Origin: Thraustochytrium aureum
Taxonomy: Eukaryota
Assembly (NCBI GenBank): GCA_012862495.1
Contig: BLSG01000137.1
Span: 75,794 to 111,789 of the forward strand
Reading direction: 5' to 3'
Length of the DNA: 35,996 nt
Shown: positions 10,801 to 19,479 of the stretch, piece by piece
Layout of the letters: each line of letters starts with the position of its first letter
How positions within the stretch are numbered: the stretch's first letter is position 1
Position numbers and translations under genes: made by a program
The notes under the pieces: model-generated
Database searches by the model: none
The model's input: only the letters and a program-made list of their open reading frames with translations
Told to the model about the DNA's origin: nothing

Positions 10801-13800
10801 ACGACGGGCTGCGCTGGATGATCCCCTTCCACCTCCTCGATGCGTTTTTCTACCACTCAACTGGGGAAACTACGATGGACTTTACCTCGTCGCGCGTCGC
10901 GCAGGCGCTGCTCAAGAGCATCGACGCTACGATTCGCAAGGGTATCGAGCTTCGGCTCATGCAGCGCACCCCGCACTTGGTGCTGCTGTCCCGATCCTTT
11001 TACACGGGCAAGCTAAAGCCGCTGCTGGCCCGGTGGATGCTCCTTTTCCTGAGCAGTAAGGGTATGCGGGGCATTTCTGACGAGGACGCCCTCGAGTACA
11101 TGACGCGCGGCCCGAAGGCCGCACCGCGCGCTACGGCAGTAGTCAACGGCGAGCTCACGGACGAGAACGGCAAAATGATCAACCTCGCGCGCGAGTGGAT
11201 CTCCACGTTCCTGCCCTTCGTTCTCGCGAAGATCAACCGAGTCAAGTACGGCCTTTTGAACGAGCAGGACCTCGCCAAGTTTCGCGAACTCGACCCGCAC
11301 ATGCCCAAGAACCGCAGGCTGCTTGCGATCCCCTTTGTCGGGAAGGACTGTCCGAGCCGCGCCTCAGAGTTTTCGCACCCGGACGTGGTCATCGGCCTCG
11401 CGGTCCTCGCATACCGCTATGAGGGGCTGCGAAAGAGCGACTTTTTGTGGCTCCTGCGTCATCTGCGCGAGCGGCTCGAGGAGGACGTCGGGCCGTACAT
11501 CAAGCGCGAAGCGAGCCGGGTCTACATCCGCTGGGTCGCTCTCGCGGGGGGGCGCGTTCGTGGCACCAAGGTTCAGGCTCACCGACGGCGCTTCAAGGCC
11601 TCCTCGTCAGCTGTGGCGTCCCCAGACCAGTTCGTCGAACCGGCTCCTGCCAGCGGCGCGCGCAGCCCCGGCAGCGGGCTCTTGGACGCAGGAGGGGCCC
11701 AAGTTGCGTCAGAGCTAGACAGCTACGACGAAGAAAAGGTGGCCGCGGAGATGCCGCGGGGGGCGGACCAGATGGTCACCATCTCGGCCAAGACGGGCGA
11801 ATTCGACGACCTCTGGCCCTTGCAACTTGTGGATGTTGGGGACCCGCACCAGGTCAGCACTCTGTTTCGCCTGCTGCGACGTTCCCCGCACGCGATCCTG
11901 TACTACCTGGACAAGTACATTTTCCCCGAGACCCTGCAGCACCATGGGCTCAAGCTGTCGGCTTGCGGGCAGGAGCTGGGCGGCCGGATCATGTTTTCCC
12001 GGCGCATCGGGTTCAGTGGAACGCCAAGCGATCTGCTCCCGGTCGAGCTGGGACGCTGCCACTACGAGATGGGCTCGGACGGCAAGATGTTGCACCATCT
12101 GACGGACCCAGAGGTGACCTCGGTCCGCATGGTGGGCTCCGGCTGGAGCGTGGAGGGCTTGCTACGAACCGTCGCGCAAGCGCGACCCCCCTACGCTGCG
12201 CTGATCGACACGGGAGCGTTGGTCACGGGGATGAGCAACATTCAGGTGGCTTCGTTTCTGCTCCGGAACGGGCTTCCGGACGCGCTCGAGGGCGTCGTCT
12301 TCTTGGACAGTGCGGACCGCAAAATGGTGCTGACGCGTGCCGGCAAGGTGTTGCCGCTCGATCGCTCTGGACTTGCCCCGGCTCGGCGGTTTTCGTTTTA
12401 TGACCAGGTGCACACCACCGGGATGGACATCAAGCAAGCCATTGACGCCAAGGCGGCAATCACGCTCGGCAAAGACATGACTTTTCGCGACTACGCCCAA
12501 GGCGCGTTTCGCATGCGCGGCATCGGCGTCGGGCAGACAGTGCAGGTCGTTGTGATCCCCGAAGTTGCCATGCTTATCAAGCTACAGGTCGCCGCGGGCC
12601 GCGGCGAGGCCATCAACCCGAACAACCTGAGCGAGATGCTCGAAGTGGCCGAAGAGCGCGAGATCAGCGGCTCCGCTGTCGGCCCCCTTCTGGAGGACAT
12701 CGTCAAGTGGCTCGTGATCAACTCTATGCGATCCGAAAAGATCCAGTTCAACCTCCTGTGCGAACAGTCCACGCGCAACGTGTACCGTAAGCGCGCGCAC
12801 TACCACGTGTTGCGCAACCAGGCGCGCATCGGCGAGAAGCGCGAAGCTGCTGACGCCAACTTTCTGGAGGCATGCGTGGACGCGTTCCGCGAGCGCATCG
12901 ACTATGCGGTGGACACGAACGTGCCGCAGTCTGTGCCGTTTGCGGAGAAGGTGGCCAAGCTTGTCGCAGATCACAGCCGTCTTATTGCCTCAGAGGAGGA
13001 CCATGCCGTGGTTTCGTCGATTCAAAAGCTCATCTTGGACGCCGAGCAGCGCAGTCGCGACGCGGTGCGTTCCGGCACGCTCGTGCCCACGCTGGCTGGG
13101 GTTGAAGGTGTTGGATCGCAAGACGAAGTCGCCAAGGAGCAGGTCTTTAACGCAGAGCAGGTGCAAGAACAGGAGCAAGAGCAGGAGCAGGAGCAAGAAC
13201 AGGAGCAGGAACAAGAGCAGGAACAGGAGCAGGAGCTGGAGGAGGAGGAGTTTGTCAAGAAAAAGTACAACAGGCGCGACGAGGACCCCAACCCTTGGCC
13301 TGTGGCGGGCCTTGCAGAGACCAAGCCCTCCTCGCTCAACTTTTTCCCGTGCTCTGAGTTTGCGATGCACCGCAAGCTCACCGAGCCTCCACTCCCGATC
13401 GCGTTCCCCGAGTCGCTCATAATGAGTCGCAACCACTACGACCCGTCCTGGAGCCTTCAAACCCACCGGCGCATCAAGAACGTGATCGTTCTCATGGAGT
13501 GGGTCCCAGACGCCCGCTTACTGGAACCAGCGTCGTCGCTCCTCGGCAAGGGGCAGCACCTCTCCGAATCGGCCTGGGGCCACCTTGCTCGCGCATTCGA
13601 CATGTTCGACCTCGATTCCAACAAGGTGCTGGACCGAGACGAACTGTTCGAGCTCATGCTGGCGCTCGATGTTGCACCAGAGGCGCTGTACTCGTCTGGT
13701 GGCGAGTCATCTGCCTTTGAAGACATGACGATCGAGGAAGAGGGCGACGACGCCGACGAGGCAGACGAGGGCGGGCCCGATGCACAAGGCGGCCTGGACA

Positions 13801-15788
13801 GCAGCAGGCTCGACTATGCTGCCGACGCGCCGCACCTTGGGCGCGGTGGCGGGAGCTCGGCGGAGCGCGACTTTCGCGCCAAGCGGGCGCGCTTGGAGCG
13901 GTTCTTGGACAAGGAGCTGGCCATGTCGCTGTCGCGGATGTTCCGGCGCGAGGTGGACCCGCGCACGATCTCAGGGATTGATATCAACGCGTTCAAGACC
14001 CTGGTGGAGCAGCGGGCCTTTTACCACCTGCAACGAGGCCGCTACTTTGTGGTTTTGTCCCTCTTTGAGGCAGAGTCGCTGCGCGGGTTGATGCACATGC
14101 GGCAGCGGGCAGGCAGACCTTTGCTTGACGCGCCCGAACATGCTTCCTGTGCGGTGGCGTTGCACTCCCTTGCCTCGCGATCGGTGCTTGGGGCTACGCT
14201 GGGATACCGGGCTGGGAGTGAGTACCAGCAGACCACCTCCTACGAATGCATGCGTTTTATCGACAGCGAGCTGTACTTTAAGGACCGGCACCTCAACATG
14301 CTGCTGCGCGCTCTGCAAGCGAACGAGCCAAAGGCGCGAGAGGCCTGGTTCGAAGAGGTTCGGGAGTGCCGCAGGCGGTCTCGGCGCGCCGTGAAGGACA
14401 CCGCACTGGTGCGCTTGTTCACGATAGAGCACGAGTACAGCCTGCTCGAGGAGCGCGCGACAATCAGCCGGGTCCGCGGGCTGATTTACCAGAAGGGTTT
14501 ATTCGTATTGGACGCGTTTCGCGCGTTCGACTCGGACCGCAACGGGCAAGTGTCGTGCTCAGAGCTTTACGGTGCGCTCGAGTGGCTGGGGCTCAAGGTG
14601 TCGCCGGCGCAGGTTCACGGCATGATGCGCAACCTGGACCGCAATGGCGACGGCATGTTGTCTCTGGACGAGTTTCGGCGCGCGTTCTTCGACAAGCGGC
14701 TGGAGGCCAGCATCAGCGAGCGCGGCCTGGCGCGCGAGCACGCCGAGAACGAGGAGATTGTGATCGAGCCCAAGCGCATCCCAGAGCTCTACGCCCAGCC
14801 AGAGGACGTGCGCAAGCAAGCTTTGGAGCGCGAGGCGCTCAACCCGCACGTAGTCTCGCGGTACCGCGCCAAGCTCAAGGAGGTCAGCCACTTTCGCAAG
14901 GTTTGGACCAGCCAGGGCTCGATGACCAAGATGAACGCGAGCGTTTGGGACCCGGAGCTGGAGTCGAGCCTGCTCAAGCAGAACAGACTGAAGGTTTGCC
15001 TGGGTCACTTTGCTCACGTGGGCTTTGACAAGCCGGGCCACAAGGTGAATTTTTTGGGGGGAGCAAGTCGGAGGATCGCCGGACTGCGACGAAGATCACA
15101 CTTGAGGTCCGCGACATGGACCGGTGGGGCGTCAGCGGCCAGGGTGAGTTTATGCTTCCCGTGATCGACAAGATGCTGCCCCACCCGGTGCGCTTTAGTC
15201 AGGTCTGGAACCAGCAGCACGGCTCGCCGTTTTTTGCATGGCGGCCGGTGCCGCCCAACGCGGCGTTTGTAGTGCTCGGCATGATTGCGACCACAACGGA
15301 CAGCCCGCCGCCGGTCACCTCGGTGCGCTGTGTCCCGCGACACTGGTGCACGCCGACGACGGTCAAGCCTTTGCAGGTTTGGCAGGACGCAGGGGCCTCC
15401 GGGGGGCGCCCGGGGAGCATTTGGATTGTCAACCAGTTGCGCACGTTGTGGGTCGTCGAGGGCCATGCGCCGCCGAGACCTGAGGAGCTCTGGGACTTGC
15501 GAGCGCCTGTTTTTCACATGAGCGACGACGATGTGCGCAGGATTACTGCTGCTAAGGAAAGCGCCAAGCCGGTTTTGCCAAATCCGGCTCAGCAAAGGTC
15601 GCAGCAGCGGGAGCCCGCGCGGCCCGCGCTTGGCCGGGAGGCGCTCCAGCAGCGCCCGCCACCGGTGCAGGAGCGGGAGGGACTGCACCAACGTTCCCGG
15701 CCGGCACGCCCGGCCAGGTACCACCACCGCTTCCAAGTCCACGCGTGCAGGTCAGTGCCCCGCCGGCTCCGGGGCCTCGCGACCGAGA
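1677..15788 (+). CDS. Giant multidomain protein (~4,700 codons): 2x SH3, candidate peptidase fold, DUF3638/DUF3645 P-loop ATPase, QE repeat, EF-hands, Vps62-like domain. Broken by 6 frame breaks and 2 gaps; 3' end lies in a gap
   Basis: ATG at 1677. ORF-track segments 1242-2636, 2158-3312, 3126-5522, 4958-8677, 8526-9896, 9791-10096, 9924-15164 and 15116+ overlap and join into continuous protein-like sequence with single-base repairs near 2351-2366, 3298-3310, 5366, 8602, 10091 and 15050-15061 (for example DPRFLV|FEFTYSILLR). No intergenic sequence lies between segments. Confidence 0.8.
1980..2147 (+). other. SH3 domain 2 of the giant protein
   Basis: VRALWDFEPSASDELLLKKGDTLE...EWWYGTIRGRSGMFPKNYTEVI. 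Confidence 0.95.
10070..12570 (+). other. DUF3638/DUF3645-type SF2-like P-loop ATPase region
   Basis: LLRESQ (Q-motif-like); QMIMGAGKTT Walker A (10188-10217); LLDEVD Walker B (DEVD at 10701-10712); LLAIPFVGKDCPSRASEFSHPDVVIGLAVLAYRYEGL (DUF3645-like, 11313-11429); GFSGT motif III (12009-12023); ALIDTGAL; YDQVHTTGMDIK (motif V-like); QGAFRMRGIG (motif VI-like). Confidence 0.85.
13164..13235 (+). repeat. Coding (Gln-Glu)x12 repeat followed by poly-Glu
   Basis: 24 codons alternating CAR and GAR with mixed synonymous codons, then LEEEE. Confidence 0.95.
13593..14690 (+). other. EF-hand motifs (one single, one pair) in the giant protein
   Basis: AFDMFDLDSNKVLDRDEL (~13593-13646), AFRAFDSDRNGQVSCSEL (~14514-14567) and NLDRNGDGMLSLDEF (~14631-14675) fit the 12-residue DxDxN/DG...E loop. 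Confidence 0.85.
14870..15520 (+). other. Vps62/DUF946-like domain near the C-terminus of the giant protein
   Basis: Repeated units FRKVWTSQGS...SVWDP...LGHFA, PVRFSQVWN...AWRPVPPNAAFVVLGMIATT..PPP..VRCVP and QVWQDAGASG..GSIWIVN resemble the WxDxGS / WRPxPPxGYVALG / VRCV pattern of Vps62-like domains. Confidence 0.7.
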
Positions 15789-16659
15789 NNNNNNNNNNNN
15801 NNNNNNNNNNNNNNNNNNNNNNNNNNNNNNNNNNNNNNNNNNNNNNNNNNNNNNNNNNNNNNNNNNNNNNNNNNNNNNNNNNNNNNNNNNNNNNNNNNNN
15901 NNNNNNNNNNNNNNNNNNNNNNNNNNNNNNNNNNNNNNNNNNNNNNNNNNNNNNNNNNNNNNNNNNNNNNNNNNNNNNNNNNNNNNNNNNNNNNNNNNNN
16001 NNNNNNNNNNNNNNNNNNNNNNNNNNNNNNNNNNNNNNNNNNNNNNNNNNNNNNNNNNNNNNNNNNNNNNNNNNNNNNNNNNNNNNNNNNNNNNNNNNNN
16101 NNNNNNNNNNNNNNNNNNNNNNNNNNNNNNNNNNNNNNNNNNNNNNNNNNNNNNNNNNNNNNNNNNNNNNNNNNNNNNNNNNNNNNNNNNNNNNNNNNNN
16201 NNNNNNNNNNNNNNNNNNNNNNNNNNNNNNNNNNNNNNNNNNNNNNNNNNNNNNNNNNNNNNNNNNNNNNNNNNNNNNNNNNNNNNNNNNNNNNNNNNNN
16301 NNNNNNNNNNNNNNNNNNNNNNNNNNNNNNNNNNNNNNNNNNNNNNNNNNNNNNNNNNNNNNNNNNNNNNNNNNNNNNNNNNNNNNNNNNNNNNNNNNNN
16401 NNNNNNNNNNNNNNNNNNNNNNNNNNNNNNNNNNNNNNNNNNNNNNNNNNNNNNNNNNNNNNNNNNNNNNNNNNNNNNNNNNNNNNNNNNNNNNNNNNNN
16501 NNNNNNNNNNNNNNNNNNNNNNNNNNNNNNNNNNNNNNNNNNNNNNNNNNNNNNNNNNNNNNNNNNNNNNNNNNNNNNNNNNNNNNNNNNNNNNNNNNNN
16601 NNNNNNNNNNNNNNNNNNNNNNNNNNNNNNNNNNNNNNNNNNNNNNNNNNNNNNNNNNN

Positions 16660-16953
16660 GCAAAAGACGCGGTTAAACCCTCCGCGGTATTCGTGCAGGC
16701 ACAACCTGCACGTTTCCTGCATGGCGCAGCTGAGCTCTTCCACCCCGAAGCATGAAAAGTCGATGCTCCTTCGCATGTAGAAATGCTTGCCGGCCAGTGT
16801 CGTCTCCAGCCACGCTCGCCAGCGCGCCGGGTCGCGCGAGAACTTGCTGGCTGCCGCGCGCGACGTCAGGCTCAGCAGCAAGGCATCAAAGGGATCCAGG
16901 AATTCCACGACCGTGTGGTAGAGGTCGTCGGGGAGGCCGGGGATGGCAGCCAT
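16660..16953 (-). CDS. F-box protein, N-terminal part (rest lies in gap 15789-16659)
   Basis: ATG at 16953: MAAIPGLPDDLYHTVVEFLDPFDALLLSLTSRAA matches the F-box pattern LP.E/D.l..I..FL...dl..l..tsr, followed by W..W and a CRLC pair. Confidence 0.7.
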
Positions 16954-17343
16954 TGTGGGTTTGCCCAAAATGGCTACGCTCTGCGGCAGCAGCGCCTCGA
17001 GCTGGATGGCATGACGTTCGGCGTGACTGTGACCCGAGTGACCCATCAAATCCTTTCTGACCTGAGGTGCTCTTGCTGTTTGGCTCCGCGAAGAAAACCC
17101 GCACACCATCTTGACACCATCACATTGTTTTTCTCACGATCAACAGGATCCAAGAATCCGAACGACGTGGTTTCATCGACTTGGCACAGTACTCCTGTAG
17201 ACCAACATTCTTGAAAGTTTTTTTCAAGAAAAACTCTTTCTCAATCAACATCTCTCTCCGAGTCGACAGACAGACATGCAAGGCGGGCTGGTTTTAAAGA
17301 ACAAGGAACATCCCAAGAGTAAAAGGTGAGGAGTTTTGCTGCA

Positions 17344-18750
17344 TCACTTGCGCCGCGCCTCCACATCTGCCAGTTTTGTGCTATGCGCGTGGAAGAGGCC
17401 CGCGCAAGTCTGGCTTCCAGGTAGGTCCTTGTTCTTACGCCTGTAGTGCAATGGAACCCTGCAGATTTTGCATCTTGTGCTTGCGTTACTGTTGCAGACA
17501 ATGCACCTGAAGCTTTTGTACATGCGCTTGTCGCCATCTTGCGAGTAGCCACCGCCTACCGACTCGTGGGCGTTGCAGCACGTCCGCAGCCTCCATCCAT
17601 GCCCTCCTCTTGCAAAAAACCAATTGAGGCGGTTGCGCTTTGGGGCGAGCTCTCGGATTGAATCGAGTTGCTCTGCCGTGAGCTCAACACGGGCGCCGCC
17701 GTTTTCGAAGTTGGCACGGGACAGCTTCCCTTCTTCCTTCCCGAGCAGCATCTCCAAGGCGACAATATTGTCCCGGATGCATTCCGCATTTCTGTGCGTG
17801 CTGTCCAAACCAAGCTTGATAGCCTCGCGCACCGAGACAGCCTTGAACTCGTGTGGAGGCTCCAGCGCACTCCAACCTTCCGCGCAATCGAGTGCCCCAC
17901 CGCCAACGCATGTCGGGATTCTTACACGTTCGGCTCTCAGTTCTGGGATATCACACCCCCTGGCGCGTTTACGAGAGTTGGCGCTGACTGAAGCCTTGGT
18001 AGTTGCACGGACTTTTCGCTTCTCTGCGACAGGGAGTCCGTAGAACTCGCACTTTTTGCTGCTGCTGCGAGCATGGCCAGATTTGTTGCAGAGGGAGCAC
18101 ACTGGCGCAGAAGTGCCGCTTAGGACACTGGAACCTCGCGAGGTATTCGTCTGAGTCAATTTGTTCGATCTCACCAATTCGTCATCGCCATCGCTGTCGA
18201 TTGACTCCTCTGCTGACTTGCTCTCATCAACGGCGCTGCTTGCTCGCTCGGGGTTGCCATGACGTGAGAGAACTGAAGACCGCAGCGGTTTGCTTGATTC
18301 CATCAGATCATCATCGCTGCTGCTGCAGCGAAGGCTTGGTGAAGCAGCGCGACTTTGCTCCATGTGCACGATGCCGACAGGCTGCTCTTCAATGCTCGCT
18401 TGGTCGAGCGACGCGGTTCTGCCGTCCGTATCCGTGCCCAACACTTTGCGTTGGAACACATCGCCCAGTTCCCCATGCCGGAGGACAGGCGGGAACACAA
18501 GCTTGGGTATGTTCTCGTTGTGGTATTTGCACGAAGTGCGCCCTTCTTGGCCAGTCGAGATTGCGCAAAGGTGATGCACCGTTCGACGACAACCGTTGAA
18601 TGAGCAACGGCGCTGCGTACTTGGGGCGGAGATCCTCGGCTCGTTCGCATCGGCAAACAAACAGAACTCAGCCAGGTCACACTGCGCGCATGTTGGCTTG
18701 CTCTGTCTCAGTGGCTCTTCTGCTTGCCCGCCTCGTCTTCTAGTGACCAT
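17344..18750 (-). CDS. Multi-zinc-finger protein (468 aa): PHD-like finger, CCHC knuckle, C-terminal piggyBac-type Cys-rich domain; probably transposase-derived
   Basis: Uninterrupted ORF from ATG 18750. CAQC...C..CSFNGCRRTVHHLC...CKYH (18520-18690); CSLCNKSGHARSSSKKC (18049-18099); RCIVC...TRCKICRVPLHY...CAGLFH (17389-17505), preceded by RL....H. No DDD/DDE catalytic core recognised. Confidence 0.6.
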   Translation of the reverse strand: MVTRRRGGQAEEPLRQSKPTCAQCDLAEFCLFADANEPRISAPSTQRRCSFNGCRRTVHHLCAISTGQEGRTSCKYHNENIPKLVFPPVLRHGELGDVFQRKVLGTDTDGRTASLDQASIEEQPVGIVHMEQSRAASPSLRCSSSDDDLMESSKPLRSSVLSRHGNPERASSAVDESKSAEESIDSDGDDELVRSNKLTQTNTSRGSSVLSGTSAPVCSLCNKSGHARSSSKKCEFYGLPVAEKRKVRATTKASVSANSRKRARGCDIPELRAERVRIPTCVGGGALDCAEGWSALEPPHEFKAVSVREAIKLGLDSTHRNAECIRDNIVALEMLLGKEEGKLSRANFENGGARVELTAEQLDSIRELAPKRNRLNWFFARGGHGWRLRTCCNAHESVGGGYSQDGDKRMYKSFRCIVCNSNASTRCKICRVPLHYRRKNKDLPGSQTCAGLFHAHSTKLADVEARRK

Positions 18751-19234
18751 CTCCGAGTCGCACGCTGCGAACAGCAGCCAGCGACGCAGCCACCGGCAGG
18801 ACTCAGGGCTCCGAAAGCGTGGCACTCTCGCCTCGGCCGTGCCCAAGCCTCAAGCTCGGATGACCGCCACTCGACGCGCGTGGCAGTCGAGACAGTCGCT
18901 CTCGCTCGATGTNNNNNNNNNNNNNNNNNNNNNNNNNNNNNNNNNNNNNNNNNNNNNNNNNNNNNNNNNNNNNNNNNNNNNNNNNNNNNNNNNNNNNNNN
19001 NNNNNNNNNNNNNNNNNNNNNNNNNNNNNNNNNNNNNNNNNNNNNNNNNNNNNNNNNNNNNNNNNNNNNNNNNNNNNNNNNNNNNNNNNNNNNNNNNNNN
19101 NNNNNNNNNNNNNNNNNNNAATCTTTATTTTATCTAACTAAACCTCATCACAAACCTGAGTCAACCCGCTCGCTGCGGGCTCCCAGCGACGCGAACTTGA
19201 TGCTGGCCTGGACAGCGGGCAGGTTGGATGACTA

Positions 19235-19321
19235 ATGTTTTGAAAGTTTGGTATGTTTTGAATTCAAAACGCGAGTTCGGTATGTTTTGAATTCAAAACG
19301 TGAGTTTGGTATGTTTTGAAT
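19235..19321. repeat. 29-bp tandem repeat (2 full copies plus partials), each full copy containing the perfect 16-bp palindrome GTTTTGAATTCAAAAC
   Basis: Units at 19245-19273 (AGTTTGGTATGTTTTGAATTCAAAACGCG), 19274-19302 (AGTTCGGTATGTTTTGAATTCAAAACGTG) and partial 19303-19321, plus an upstream half-site ATGTTTTGAA at 19235-19244. Palindromes at 19255-19270 and 19284-19299. Confidence 0.95.
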
Positions 19322-19479
19322 GTTCGGTACCGGTAGAGTCCACAACTCGACGTGCCAGGGAACGTCGAGGATCGCTAGATCAGTTGTTTTCGGTTGGCTG
19401 CGCGGCGTTCAGTTTAGTGTATGTACTATGTATACAAGCCTGTGTCTGTTGAGCACCGCGGCCCACCCTCATCGCCTCA

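Noticed and set aside
13022..13432. Minus-strand ORF with a (CS)n repeat suggesting a metal-binding protein
   Set aside because: It is the reverse complement of the (QE)12 coding repeat.
2351..15061. Programmed ribosomal frameshifting or an alternative genetic code in the giant gene
   Set aside because: The shifts go in both directions, share no slippery or stop-codon motif and mostly sit in homopolymers. Stop readthrough would not restore the conserved motifs.
1677..15788. Small spliceosomal introns explaining the frame changes
   Set aside because: Motifs are contiguous across the breaks (DPRFLV-FEF, PTTV-PART), leaving no room for a GT-AG intron. Introns hidden inside N-gaps cannot be excluded.
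17344..18750. Fanzor/TnpB nuclease or autonomous piggyBac element
   Set aside because: No RuvC motifs, no DDD core and no TTAA-flanked terminal inverted repeats were found in the visible sequence.
19235..19321. CRISPR array (GTTTT...AAAAC ends recall type II repeats)
   Set aside because: The units are contiguous near-identical 29-mers with no unique spacers, there are fewer than three full copies, no cas genes are present and the context is eukaryotic.
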